Origin: Amoebidium appalachense
Taxonomy: Eukaryota > Protista > Ichthyosporea
Assembly: GCA_963693365.1 (NCBI GenBank)
Contig: CAVNZM010000013.1
Span: forward strand, 2,698,449-2,762,448
DNA length: 64,000 nt
Reading direction: 5' to 3'
Shown here: piece after piece, positions 45,559-59,234 of the stretch
How positions within the stretch are numbered: the stretch's first letter is position 1
How the letters are laid out: every line of letters starts with the position of its first letter
Made by a program: the position numbers and the translations under genes
The notes under the pieces: generated by a model
The model's input: the letters and a program-made list of their open reading frames with translations, nothing else
What the model was told of the DNA's origin: nothing
The model's database searches: none

Positions 45559-46728
45559 ATGCCGCCGAAAAAGCGCCAGGCCTCAGCCACCGCCCCTGCC
45601 GCGGCACCTAAGCGCCTGACCCGCAGCGACCTCCGCCACAGGCTGACCAACGCTCCCGCGGACACTGACGCGCCTCCAGCGGCCCATACCACCACGGACC
45701 CGGACCCGCCGGCTACTCTCCCCTCCACTCCTGAAGTCCCCCCTCAGGCCCCGCCGTCCCCGCAGATGACTTCTCAAGACGCCGTCCTTGCCGCCCTCAC
45801 CGCCATCAGCACCCAGATGGCTGGCGTCCTGGCTGCCCTCACCAACCGCGACCCTCCCGCGCCCCCCGCCGCGCCCTCCGCACCCGGGGAGGTTTCCCCG
45901 GGGCTGCATCTCGGCCCTGACCTAGACCTACCTGCCCTGCCCGCGCCCCCCATCACAGGTGAGAACACTGGCGACATTCAGCCGGGCACACTCCCGCTTC
46001 CCCCCGCGGATGTGCTGGCAGATTTGCGCGCCAATCGTTTCATCGACCTGTATAAGTTCACCCCCGCCGCCCTCCTGGCCCCATCCAAGAAAGGTCAGCA
46101 TCTGCGCATGGCCGACGACGGCAGCATCGAGACTTTTCGCCAAGACAAACCCGTTCCCCTGCGTTCACTCGTCATTTGGATCCAAGCTTGGACCCATTAC
46201 ATGGCCGCCAAGCACCACCTCGGCCTCCCCACGGACAAAGACGTACTTTGGACTCAGCACATCACTCGCCTCAGCACCCGATACCCGTGGGCCCAGATCC
46301 ACAACTATGACGTATACGCCCGCACCGTTGCCCACCAGCAGGGTCGGGCTCCGATCGAGTGTCCCAACCTGCTCGCCCAACTCCACCAGGATCTCCTCCT
46401 GCCACCCACTCTGCTCATCCCGGACGCATGTCAGTGCTGTGGCTTCCCCGACCACCCCAGCGCGGCCTGCCCCATGTACCCCAAGCCCGGCTGTGGTCTT
46501 GACGGCTTTAAGCCGCCCCACAAGCCCGGCGGGAGTCAAACCCCTAACCGCCCTGGCCCGCAACCCGGCCCGGCAAAACCGGCCCGACCCGTGGATCTAC
46601 CCGCAACGCACTGCAGGAATTTCCACATTAACGGTCGGTCCTGCGCTAAGCAGCCCTGCCCCTTCTCCCACGTGTGCCCGCTCTGCTCTGGCACACACCC
46701 CCGCAAAGACTGCAAGCACAATGCCTAG
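45559..46728 (+). CDS. Ngaro gag-like protein, copy 2 (intact, 389 aa from ATG 45559)
   Basis: Open frame MPPKKRQ...WIQAWTHY...WAQIHNYD...C-terminal Cys/His zinc motifs. Confidence 0.88.
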   Translation: MPPKKRQASATAPAAAPKRLTRSDLRHRLTNAPADTDAPPAAHTTTDPDPPATLPSTPEVPPQAPPSPQMTSQDAVLAALTAISTQMAGVLAALTNRDPPAPPAAPSAPGEVSPGLHLGPDLDLPALPAPPITGENTGDIQPGTLPLPPADVLADLRANRFIDLYKFTPAALLAPSKKGQHLRMADDGSIETFRQDKPVPLRSLVIWIQAWTHYMAAKHHLGLPTDKDVLWTQHITRLSTRYPWAQIHNYDVYARTVAHQQGRAPIECPNLLAQLHQDLLLPPTLLIPDACQCCGFPDHPSAACPMYPKPGCGLDGFKPPHKPGGSQTPNRPGPQPGPAKPARPVDLPATHCRNFHINGRSCAKQPCPFSHVCPLCSGTHPRKDCKHNA

Positions 46729-46989
46729 TCTACGCGCACACCCACACACACAGCTAGAACATAGGGGTTAGGAGCTAGGACACACGAGTACAGGGAAACG
46801 GAGCTCGGGAGAACGGGGCAATAGGGCTGAGTACAAAATTTCGCAGGCCAACTACGGCGCCCGCGCGCGTCAAGAATAAATGTCCCTACACAAAGACGTT
46901 TATTCTGGCCACTGCACATAATTTTACTCCCCCCCCCATCCCACGAGCCTCCCCCCCCCCTTACACTCACCTAGCACTCCCTCCCCCCC

Positions 46990-47125
46990 CCCTTCTTCTA
47001 CCTCTGTGTCCGCCCACACCCCCGCGTGCTCGGGCACATTCCCCTGCACAGGGCCCCGCTGCCCTCCCTGCCAACCCTCACTTGGGCCCAGCTGCCCTAC
47101 TCTAACCCCCCGGGGCCCTGCTGCC

Positions 47126-47164
<39 letters not shown>

Positions 47165-48847
47165 CTGCCGGGATCTCCCTGAGGGTGCCCCACCCTTGCT
47201 AACCACCCCTTCCCCCGAGGCTCAGACCCGGCGGCCCGCCCGCTGCCCCAGCACCACATTGACACCTCCCGCCTCCGGGAACCGCTGGCCTCCTACCCAG
47301 ACCAACCATTCGCCGCACAACTCCTCCACGATGTCGAATTCGGTGTCGACATCGGCTATCGCGGCCCCTCCACCTCTCGGGTGGGCCCCAACCTACCCAC
47401 CACCCCGGAGGCAGCTGCCGCTATCACGGCGGATATTGCCAAAGAAGTCGCCCTCGGCCACCTGCGCGGCCCCCTCTCCCCGGCCCAATTCTTTGACGAA
47501 TTTCCGGTCCACCGTTCCTCCCCCATCGGCGCCGTTACGAAGAAAGGGAACCCCCCCAAGTACCGTCGAATCCACCACCTCTCCTGGCCCCGGGGTAGCA
47601 GTGTCAATGACAGCATCACCTACCCCGACGAACTTCAGTATATTCGCGCCCGGGATGTCACCCAGCTCATTCTCGACGCAGGCCCCGGCTGCTACATGGC
47701 CGTGGCAGATGTGCAGGCTGCCTTCCGGCACATGACCATCCGACCAGAAGACCATCACTTAATGGCATTCAAATGGCAGGGGCATTTTTACGTTGAAACC
47801 AGACTGCCCTTCGGCCTGAAATCTAGCCCAGCCATCTGGGAACGGATCGCGGCCACCCTACAGTGGCTGGCACACCAGCACGGTATTACCCTCATCCGCC
47901 ACTACGTAGACGACTGGATTATAGTCGCCCCCACACAAGAGCAGTGCCAACGTCACCTATCCACCTTCCTGCAACTCTGCCGAGAGCTGCACATTGCCAT
48001 CTCCGAAGACAAGATGCAGGGCCCGGCTACCCGTGTCGTCTTCATCGGTATCGAATTCGACTCCATCGCCATGGAGGCACGAATCCCGGCTTCCAAGCTC
48101 TCGGACCTACTCGACCTCACTCTCCACCCAAAGCCCACCATCACCATTCGGGACCTCCAGTCCCTCCTCGGCAAACTCACCTGGTGTGCCCAGCTGGTTC
48201 CCCCCGGGAGGGCCTTCTCCCAGCGCCTATGGGCCCTTCTCCGGACCCACCCAAACCTTGCCGGCCACCACCACATACGACTGACTGCTGCCGCCCGGGC
48301 CGACATAGCCGAATGGCACCAGTTCCTCACATCATGGAATGGGGTGCACCTCATCACACCCCCCACATACACCACCCTGGCCACCGATGCTGCCGGATCG
48401 GTGGGTCTAGGAGGCCACTGGCTCGACCAATGGTTCTTCATGCCCTGGTCCCCCTCCACCCAAGCCCTCTATGCTCATGAGGGTAAACTCGGTTCTTCCG
48501 TCATCGAACTCCTGGCCATCGCAGCCGCCGTGGCCCTCTGGGCCCCCTCCTGGTCCACCCACCATGTCCGTATTTTATGCGACAACACGGGTGCTGTGTC
48601 TGACCTGCACTCCCGGTCTTCCCCCCACCCCGTGATGGCCAAACTTATTCGGTTCATCACCCGCATGGAAATGCAATACCAATTTACATTACAGGCATCC
48701 TACCTACCAGGACCCCTCAACCATCTAGCCGATGCCATTTCTCGTAACCAACTTCCCCGGGCCCGACGACTCCGACCTTCCCTGCAACCGGAGCCCTGCC
48801 CCTTCCCCTCCTGGGTCCACGAGTTCCTATCCCTTCCCTTGGGCTAA
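46990..48847 (+). pseudogene. Ngaro RT-RNase H, copy 2 (CGA>TGA near 47180 and indels in the N-terminal Pro-rich part; core open)
   Basis: ORF 47381-48847 is near-identical to copy 1 (LPFG, YVDD, RNase H). Confidence 0.88.
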
Positions 48848-48871
48848 CCCCCCCCCCCCCCCCCCCCCCAG

Positions 48872-49931
48872 ATCTCCCGTTCCGGAGCAACGCTGGCAGA
48901 TTGGCCCCCCACTTTGCTCCGGCCGAGCTGCTTCGAGCCACCACTACCCTGCAGGAATGCCAGGCCCTGAGTCTCAACCTCGACTCTCGGGCCTTTTACT
49001 CCCGGTTGCAAAAAGTGTTCATCGATTTCTGTGTGGCATCTCGGCTGCAATCCTCCTCCGGGTCCTCCCTCCCGGCCTCCCCACACACCGTGCAACTTTT
49101 TCTCGCCTGGTGTGCCTAACGAGGGGTACAGGCCTCTTCCTTAACCGGCTACAATTCGGCCATCACCAGGCTCCACCTCGACATGGGCCTCCCTGCTCCC
49201 TACCCCCACGACAAGTCTCTGGCCTGGTTCCTACGGGGGGTGGGCAGATGGCAGCTTTCTCACAACATCCGACCCCGCTCATCCACCAGGGAACCCCTCC
49301 TGCCCTCCCACCTCTGCCTACTCCATGGCCAGTGCCCCACCAAGGCCTCCTCGGCCAATCTCCGGCTATGGACGGCCCTCATCGTCGGTTTCTGTGGTCT
49401 CCTCCGTTCAGGGGAATTTACCTCCAAGACCCTGACTTCTTTCGACCCGTCCCGTCACGTTAAACGGAAGGACGTGACCTTCAGCTACACCCCCACCGGT
49501 ACTTTGTCCCATGCCACCCTCCACCTGCCAACCTCTAAGACGGATGTACAGGCCCGAGGTGTCAACGTCACTCTAGCTGCCCTGCCCCTCACCCACTTCT
49601 CCCCAGCCCATCTCCTCCGGCAGTTCCTGGATACAACGTCCGGTCAACCCGACGACCCCCTCTTCAGTCTCGGTGGCATCCCCTACACCAAGAGTGCTTT
49701 CTCTGCCGACTTCCGTGCCCTCCTCTCCCGGGCAGGCCTCTCACCCTCCCTGTTTGCCGGACACAGCCTCCGCATCGGGGGGGCCACAGCACTGGCTGAG
49801 GCCGGGGTGACGACTCCCGGATCAAACAACTCGGCAGGTGGTCCTCCGACTGTTTCCTGATCTATACCCGACTTCGTCCGGCCTCCATTGCTGCCACCAC
49901 AACACGTGTATTCGCCTCTATTCTTAAGTGA
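48872..49931 (+). pseudogene. Ngaro tyrosine recombinase, copy 2 (CAA>TAA at 49117-49119; 1-bp deletion near 49809)
   Basis: LLRSGEF, SKTD, FAGHSLRIGGATAL; after the shift KQLGRWSSDCFLIYTR; stop TGA 49929-49931. Confidence 0.9.
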
Positions 49932-50794
49932 AACCTTTGGAGCAAGCATACTGCTCTCGTGCCGTGGTTTACAACCATTGCAGGTTCACTTTCGTCCAAG
50001 GGGATGTCCCCCTAGAGGCAACACACGTCCCGGAGTAGTTTTCATAGAGGTTTTATTTGTGGAAATTATTGACATAAATATTTTTCTGGGTAATCACGTA
50101 GAATGGGTGTTCGATACCAACATAACCATGTAGGCTTCATTTCGTGTTTTAGCAGTTCGCGGTTGGCTGCCCGCACACGGGCACCTATTAGCCAATCAAA
50201 ACATCAGATACCACAGAACACTAGACCGAGTTATGATTGGCTCGGATCAGATTTCACATATTGCTAGATCGATTTTGATTGGCTCAGATCGGTAGGCTTA
50301 GGTATATAAGCACGACAGTTTTTAGCAGATCAGCAAGCTACAAACACATCTTCTGTGTTTAGCATCCACAGCCTTACAGCTATATATTCCTTTTCACCCA
50401 CCCACCTACACCCACACTCAACCCCCATTGATCCACACATACGTGCTGTTTTTTCACGGGGCGAAGACTTCCCCCGTTTTTTTGGGCACATGGACCTCAC
50501 GGATCAATAAATTGATGACTGGGGGCTTGCCGTGGTTTACAACCATTGCAGGTTCACTTTCGTCCAAGGGGATGTCCCCCTAGAGGCAACACACGTCCCG
50601 GAGTAGTTTTCAAAGATTATAATTAGCCGAAGCAACTTCTACCCTTGCAGCTAACATTTATTAGTATGGGTAGTACGTAGAAGTATATACGAATCGCCAA
50701 TGTGTAGCGAGCTTTTGGGGTGATTATTTTACAGGCACACACGATATGCTGTGTGAACCGTGACCCCTGTCCGACCAGACGCACACACGTACAT

Positions 50795-50832
<38 letters not shown>

Positions 50833-50858
50833 GCGTGCACATACACACGTGCACACAC

Positions 50859-50917
<59 letters not shown>

Positions 50918-51185
50918 TACACACACACACGACACACACAAAATTCTGAATAATCGGACAATCTAAGATTTATATCACAGGTAGCTCGACAGCTACTTAC
51001 TATAATGATATGTGCACAAGTAGACCACAGATAACTATGCGTACAGATACTAATAGACTACAGCTGATTCGCCTGGGATGTTCATGAGATCTGATCTACA
51101 TAAAGCCTATGAACATTAGGGGAGGTGTTAGCAGTTCGCACGAAAATCAGGCGCGTGCATGCGCATACAAGCACAGTAGTACTGT

Positions 51186-51219
<34 letters not shown>

Positions 51220-53180
51220 GGCTCCTCCCCCCACACACACACACCTCCACATGCACACACACACACGCATGCACGCACACACACACACCAAGGCGCACCC
51301 ACACACTCACGCACCACTCGCAAGCGCGTGTGTCGCGGCATTCAAATTTACACCCACCAAACACACAAGGTATCTCCATGCATGCTCTGTCCAACCATAA
51401 CATATGCACGACACGGCATGTGGTACGCAAGTGTACACGCAAAAACAGTTTTTTTTTTTTTTTTTTTTTTTTTTGCTCCCCACGTGCACACTGAATTGCT
51501 ATTACAAATATAGATGTGTGTACACAGGCACGTGTTGGTATAACACAAATCCTGGTATTGCAGTTCACATACTGTAGATGACTGCACACATCGTTATTCA
51601 CCCTTCATTCTCTCTTCTTTTCTTTCTTTCTTTCTTTCTTTCTTTCTTTTTTCCCCCTCGTACACATCATTCCGAACACTTTTTTCCCCTGCCCCCCCCC
51701 CCCCCTCCCCCCCCCCCCCCCCCCCCCTTCCCCTCACAACCTTCTGTTGCTCACTGTTAATGACGTTGCTGAGAACCATAACGATAATATATTAATATCA
51801 AATACCATCACCATATCAATATTAAATTTTGGAGCACGGCACCGGAACTCAAATCAACTTGCACCTTGCAGACACGCATGTTATGCTGTGTATCTTTAAT
51901 CAACAAATAAACGGGCCCGGGTCGATATCTCACATGTTCATGCACCACTTATCTCTTAACTCCCATACTGCCCTAAAACTCACTTCATACTCATCAGATA
52001 TCATAGTGGTTATCTGAAATGCTTAGCGGCATTAGAGCATTAAATGATTTAAAATAAATATTTATTAAATTGCCATGTTCACAACACCGTCTACGGCTTT
52101 CCGACCGCCGCACAATTGGGATCTCAGCACGGTGTGTCCTCGGAATAACAACCGGTACATATAATTACTATCCAGTACCGGTGATCTAAACTTTTCGGGT
52201 CTACATGCCGCTCAACAGCATGCCCCGTAAATTCACTACATACAAAATATGGTATGTTAAAGACTCTCAGCACATATGAACTCCCTATCATCTGTGATTT
52301 AGAGGCGGTACTGCAGTTTTTTAATTTTTAAAAGCCAGACTTTCGCATATGTACAGATTAAGACCAAATGCATGCATACAAGTTCAACTTCTGGAGGCAA
52401 TAAGTACTTTCACGATTTCCCAGTTTCAAAAAGATAGCCACCCAAATAAGAACTGGCACTAAAAAAAAAAAGCATCATGACGGTCAATAGAACAACCACC
52501 TACGTCAATAGCCAACCATTCAATCTCAACTCTGAAATTTCCGTTTCAGATATCCAGCCCCCGAAAATGACATTCTCTTTCCCCCGCCGCGCTGAAAAGC
52601 CTCGCCATTAAGGCCATGTGTTGCATACTGCATGCTAGGAACCCCCCCCTGCCGCAAAAAGCAAATCCGTACTCGCCGAGTTATTTTCCGTCTTTCCACC
52701 CTTACCAACCGAAAATCCCGAGGCCGTGTAAACAACTGTACTGTACATGTTTACTAAAGAATGTGATCTACTAGCACACGATTCGTGCTTTGTCATGAAT
52801 ATCACATAAATATTATGTCCGCACCAAAAGGACTCACTCTGACCTAAGAATTGAACCATGTATGATTCTATTGCTGCATACCACATAAACGAAGTGAACC
52901 AATAAGATGTTTGCATAAATAGGACGAAGGTCTGACTGGCTCGGACCGCACCAGAATCACGAATGGCATGTTGCCACCCGCGCTCGCCGCGGATGAACCA
53001 ATCCTGGGCCTTGATCCGAAACCTGGGGGCTATATAAGAAAGCCGTCCCAGTACGGGGATCACATCAGTGAAGTCTGAGACAGACTGAGTCGGCCCATAG
53101 TAAAAGCAACCTGGCCGCGTGTGCCTTTCTACCCATTCTCTGTCTTTATTTTAATTCAGTTGTACTCTGCCTTATCCTAA

Positions 53181-54723
53181 CTAGTCCAACTGTTTACAGG
53201 CCGCCGACGGACGCATATTCTTCATATGGGGTGGAGCAACCCCGTTGAACTGATTAGAAATATGTGTGGGTTGCGTGTTGTGTTGGAATCCCCCCGAAAA
53301 TGCCAGTGCTTGCAATTGCTGTTGTTGCAGGGCCAATAATTTCGCGGCGTGGCGAGGGCTCAGACCCTGCTGTTGCATCATCTCGATGGACAAAATTCCG
53401 GGGAAAGAAACCTCCTCGACAGGATACGCCGCTGCTTGTACACCGTACATGGCGGGTGGCGCCTGGGGGTTCATCATACTGAAATTCTGTGGTGGATATA
53501 CTGCATGTGGATAAGCGTACTGCATCCCGGGATGGAAATTTTGGGGGTGCAATGCTGGCACCTGCTGCAGGGCCGGGCCCATAGTGTCCATTTGTGCGAT
53601 CCGCTGTGATAGCGCCATGATTTGTTGCTGTAGGCTATCCAACACCATAATCGTCGCTGGATCCGACCCCCCATGCACATGCAACGAATTTCCGCGGCCG
53701 TCTTGCGATTTTATGCTGGAATTGGAGCCCGACTGGGGGTCTTCCTCGCGCTGAACGTCGTAAAACATGGTGTTGTGTGCGCTCTCCGGGTGCACCGACA
53801 TTTCCTTTCCCTTAAAGTGATTCAACTCGTCTTGGATAGCATATAACTCTTCGGGTGTCCGCCAACTGTTAAACGAGCGCCTGTCGTATATGTCTGGTGA
53901 GAACATATCCCCCACCATTACGTGGTCATGGAAGCGCACATTTCCCTTTGCAGCCCCCTCCGTTTTTGAAAAATTGAGTGGTCGCTCTGAGAAACCAGCG
54001 CGCTTGCCAGTACCGGGCTGCCGTCAACTCGGACATTTACGTCGCTCGAAGACCGTTTTGGGGGGGTTTAATCTGTTGGGGACAGCGGAAATGGGCGCTC
54101 GGTTGGCACCTGAGCCTTGGGCCTGCGAATTTGGCTGGGTGGGGTTTTTTACGACAGGCGAGGAAGAGCCTTCGCTCCCAGTTCGTTTCAGAATGGGCAC
54201 GACGACAGGGGTTGCCTTTTTTTGGCGCATTTTCAGGGACGATTATTGGCGTTGGTGGGGTGTTGGTGATTGATCCAGTTTTGGCTAAGGGCGCAGTTAC
54301 TCGAGTGGGGCACGCTTGATTCACCGCCTGAAAATTATTTGTAAATTTCGCAAAGAATTGCGCATCCACATCGTCATGGTCAAGAACCGTCGGGTCAGAG
54401 AGAGTTCTCCTTATCGGACCTGGCCCCTTGCCTCCAGGAAAACTGCGGGAATTTACTAGTGGGGATTCGGGTTCTTTGTCTTCCGATCTCGGCAGTACGT
54501 CGAAAGAGGCGCGAAATTCGACGGGTTTCGAGTTCTCCTTTTCGTTTGTAACTTTATCTGAATCTTCTTCGCCAGTGAAGCTGTTGCACGGGCTTACGTT
54601 GTCACTGTATGTGCTTACGTAGTGGTAGGTGTTTTTTCGTGGTTTTGTTTGTGTTATGCGTGAAACTATCTTAAGATGGTTTTGGTGGAGGGCAGGAGCG
54701 ACCCATGGTGCATTTCCCACCAC
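53181..54723 (-). pseudogene. Intronless Phactr/Bni4-type PP1-binding protein ORF with a frameshift (A7 run, 54217-54223) and an in-frame TGA (54024-54026)
   Basis: KGNVRF (RVxF-like) then IYDRR..TPEELYAIQDELNHFKGKEMSVHPESAHNTMFY, matching the Phactr/Bni4 PP1-binding motif (YDRR..I..ELN.FK..EM.VH..S...T.F). ORFs 54037-54723, 54024-54230 and 53181-53939 join into one frame if the two lesions are corrected. Start unresolved. Confidence 0.65.
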
Positions 54724-55903
54724 TAAGGTCCTGGACGCTCCAGCACTAGATATGTAAGCGAATATCGGATCAACAACGTTCTATCGTTCATTGCAGTGAC
54801 GAATGACAGGCAGGTTTCAGAAAAAGTCAACGTTTATAATCGTTCCTTCATGGCACTCTTTCGCTTTCCGAATCCTCCTGTTATGACGTCGCGGCAGCAG
54901 GCAAACCGAATGACGGGCGATGGCACGACCCCATGTGCCTGTATAGACTGCGGAATTCCGTAAGAAATTCACAATCATCATATCTCGTATTTATCTCGTA
55001 TTTTTGTCGAATGGAGCGCATGGTTGGTGGATTAGAAGATAACCGTCTGCGTTTTTTAGTTGCTTAGTTAGACATAACTAATTTTTATGCCACTATGGCG
55101 TGTTCCCTCGCGAGAAAGTTATTTTTCTTTTGACTCGGGTTTATTGATCCGTTGATGAAGGCAACGTGCAGCCACAGGCTACATAACCACCAATAGAACT
55201 GAAAAAGCCAAAGCTATGAAATAAAAATAAAGCGACAAGTGACAAAGGACACCAGCGGGTAAAACCGTAAGTGTACGTGTATGCGTGAAACTAGTTTGCT
55301 CCAACTAGTCATATGCATCGATGTTGACCAGACCACACTCTGCAAGAAGACATCATTACTGCTCCTTCCCAACAGGCCCCCCTCAAAACCTATCGAGGCA
55401 CAGCAAGCAAGTCAGCCTCTAAAAGAGCAATGCAGACCAAATCTGAGCTAAAAAACAATCCCAACGGGCCCTGCCCCTAGATAACCCGGAGAAACTGCAT
55501 CTAGCTCTCTGATAAGGTGGCATAGTTGTGGCAGGACACACAGAAAAACACAATTACAGAATGCATGCAAGCAAACCTGGTCATTGCCATACGACTGGAG
55601 GCTAAGGACTGGCAGTCACTTTGAAAGCTCCCCGACGACCAATTAGCCGCCCCTCCACTCACGCAGCGCAGAAGTAGCTGAAGAAGTTGCAGCAGCCCAC
55701 CGCCAATAGGTCGCGTAGAAACGTAGACAGCATGTAGAAGTTACCATAGGTTGCAGTGGACCACCAGGCGTTGAAGAAACCACTTCTCAAGCGAGAAACT
55801 CCGCGAGAGGGAGATGCGCCCACACTCTCACAGCAGTAGGAATACACCAGGCGACACCACACACACGCTGCAGTCACGTTCCCCTGAGTGGGACTCCCTC
55901 CCA

Positions 55904-56204
55904 CCACAAAAAAGAAGAAACGAAAGCCTTTATATACCTGCCATGGTGAAGAATCGGGAAAAAAAGTTGACGGGACAGCTAAGAGATCGAAGTGAAAGTG
56001 AAGTCCACAAAAAGAAGAAACGAAAGCCTTTATATACCTGCCATGGTGAAGAATCGGGAAAAAAAGTTGACGTGACAGCTAAGAGATCGAAGTGAAAGTG
56101 AAGTCCACAAAAAGAAGAAACGAAAGCCTTTATATACCTGCCATGGTGAAGAATCGGGGAAAAAAGTTGACGTGACAGCTAAGAGATCAAAGTGAAAGTG
56201 AAGT
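55904..56204. repeat. 100-bp tandem repeat, 3 near-identical copies
   Basis: ccacaaaaagaagaaacgaaagcctttatatacctgccatggtgaag...gtgaaagtgaagt starting at 55904, 56005, 56105. Confidence 0.95.
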
Positions 56205-56446
56205 TAATTTTTTATGAATGTCCAAAGGGAGGAGGGTACTTAGGACTTTTGAGATAATGGACACGTGCAGCGATTTCTGCCGTTTTATTTTTGCAATTTT
56301 GGGTCAAAAATAAGTTGCCGGCAATGCCTGAGGCTATAATATTATGGGTTGGCACAGCCATGCGTCATTCACACCAATCAGACTTTACGAAAATTTAGAA
56401 GTGTTTGCTAAAACATGGATAAGATTCTTACTTTTGTTCAGTACTA

Positions 56447-58655
56447 TTATTTTTCCAAACCCCGCTTGACCTCCGATTTGCTTAATTCGAGCAATGCCAT
56501 TAATTGAGATTTTACAACATTGAACCTGTTACCCTTACCCGATTTTCCAAGAAAACTACTTCCGGTAGAAATCGTCCCACACATATTCTCGAATTTCACA
56601 GGGTCTATCCATTGAACATATTCCTTTAACTGCTCCTTCTGTACATTCGGCCTATAGAACCCCTGAAAACTTTTATCTGTGCAAGTCAAAACTGGAAAGG
56701 TAGTGGAAGTCTGCCTTGCAGGATCTTCCTTGTGAATAAACATAGGTTGCAGTTTTGCGTCATATCTCAGATCACTAGCCACACCATCAGGACACCACCA
56801 ATGCACCCAAAAAGTTCTATCAGCCGGTAGGGCCTCTGGATTTTCAATATGAATTACTTTCGCCACACAAAATTCCCCCAAGTAGTCTGATCCGGGAGTA
56901 TTCTGTGCGTCGTCCCAAGTGTGCACCAACACAAAATCATTTTCATTGGGAGCACCCGGGTTTGTAAATTTTACGATTTGGCGCCTTTCCCTCCTACCGT
57001 CAGCCCCAATGCACGGTATGTCGCAGTCATCTCCATCTCTGTTGTTCGGATCTTCAAGTTCGTCCGGGATGGCCGGAAGACCTGGAGGGGGCGGTCGCGG
57101 GTATGATCGATTGGATGTCAAATCGCTAACCAGCCGAAAGGGAAACGTAATGACATTTTCGAATGCCGGCGCAGGTTGCGTGAACTCGCCTGTCACTGTA
57201 TCATATCCGGCACTCTGCGCTTGCTCCTTCCACCACTCCAGGTGCTCTCCATCAGGGTCCAAAAATACATTGTCCTTAGCCAATCGCTCAAGCATACTTC
57301 CAAGTGTGCCCCATTGTTCGCGTAGCCAAATCGGAAAAGGCTGAATAGACGACCCTTGGTTCACCTTGATTGACATCGATGCAGGCTGGTTGGGGAGCGT
57401 GTGAAGAAGAGCCTTACGCGAACCTCTACATTCTATCCACTCGCCTTGGCTGGCAAGTCGCCGAACCTCAAATTTTACGCCAGTGTCCAGTTTGATCCAT
57501 CGGAAGCATCGCCATTTTGCGAAGTACGACAGGGGATCGGCGCAAGGGGCTAACCACTCTGTGAACTCTGGAATGGCTTGTACATTGTGCACCTCAGGAG
57601 GCTCCACCACTCTCCCTCTTTGGCGAATATACGGCGCTAAATCTTTCGATCTTGGTCGCTTTTTCAAAGTCTCCATCAAATCGGGAACAGTCCGCGGCGG
57701 TTGCTCAGTCAGGTAATGGTTGAATCCCCGAAAGCGGCCATCGATATCCTCGTGCGTATGTCCCGGAAGAAGGAACGAACACTCCACAGTGGTGAACACA
57801 CCCCTAGAAACGAGTAATTCAAAAAATTGCATCATTGCGTTGCAATGATTCTCGGAGGCGTTATCCATTTGCACGTACAACGTCTCTGGCAACGAGCCCC
57901 GTATCTCCAATTCACGCTCGATTGCCAACGTGAGTGCCGCGATTTGGACATTGGCACCCTTGCGACCGTGCTCATCCACGATTGTGTAGAGGGTGCGGCC
58001 ATGAACGAGGACACTGGTTATCCGAACGGCCTTCTTGGGAATCGAGCTCGCGGCTTTGGAGTTCCAATGTACGTTCGGGATTTCGGATTTTGCTTGGTCC
58101 ATTGAGTCAACGATGACACTCATGTACTTGTGTGGCTCCCGAATTGCAGCTGACCGATGCTGGTAATAGCTCTCTCTCTCCTTTCTGTGACATCTCATGG
58201 TCAATCACTATATATATGGTTAGGAGGATCATAATCCTAGTGTCAACCAGGAGACCCGATCCTAATCACAACTAGGACTCTGGATCCTAGTTACAACTAG
58301 GACAATATATCCTAGTTACAACTAGGATGACGTCATCCTAGTTGGTACTAGGATGACGTCACTCGTTTATCTTCAATGGCTGTACGACACAACTGTGCGG
58401 TTTCATGCACTCTAATAATTGCGAATATGTGTGTGTACGACAAAGCTGTGCGGTTTCATGCACTCTAGTTGCGAATATGTGTATGTATATAGTGACATAC
58501 TTTGATTGCAGGAAGTTGCTACCAAAGAGATGTGCGCGATGCGGTGATTTGAAATACATGTGATGTCGCCAGATACAAACCCAAATACCAACCCAAATAC
58601 CCTACGCGCAGGCACACACGTACACAGTCACTTGCAAGTGCTTGCGCACACACGT

Positions 58656-58722
<67 letters not shown>

Positions 58723-58805
58723 CACAACGCCACTACCCAAGCTCCCCCCCTTTTTTTTTCCCTCCTCCACGAAAACATGACTATGTGTGTGTGTTTTGTT
58801 CAAGT

Positions 58806-58842
<37 letters not shown>

Positions 58843-58906
58843 GGAAGACTGTGTGGTTGTGGTTGTGTGTGTGCATGTGTGGTACGTGCGGGTGTGCGGG
58901 TGTGCA

Positions 58907-58962
<56 letters not shown>

Positions 58963-59151
58963 AATGTGCGTGCGTGGGTGTTTATTTTGGAACAGGTTGT
59001 CAGGTGTGTTGTTTTAGAGGTTGTGTGTATGCGTGTGCCGTGCATGTAATGATGGTGGTGGTGGTGATGGTGTTTGGGGGGGGGGAGGGAAGTCCAAGTG
59101 CTTGCGCACACGTGCATGCGCGCACGCAACCACACACACACGCACACGCAC

Positions 59152-59234
<83 letters not shown>

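Larger units (their letters stand above)
45180..50612 (+). mobile_element. Ngaro-type YR retrotransposon, copy 2, full-length (~5.4 kb), coding-defective
   Basis: A1 45180-45529, B1 49960-50046, A2 50047-50397, B2 50528-50612; colinear with copy 1. Confidence 0.95.

Noticed and set aside
52526-53063. ORFs of 69 and 142 aa downstream of the PP1-regulator ORF
   Set aside because: No motif or splice support.
54018-54040. Possible 23-nt GT-AG intron removing the TGA in the Phactr/Bni4-like ORF
   Set aside because: Removing it does not join either open upstream frame to the downstream domain.
55659-55907. 82-aa minus ORF with a gtgagt donor
   Set aside because: Possibly an exon, but no partner exons or family recognised.
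56230-56270. Candidate TIR of the Sola-like element pairing with 63678-63716
   Set aside because: Only scattered short matches and no TSD; the true end may lie outside the window.
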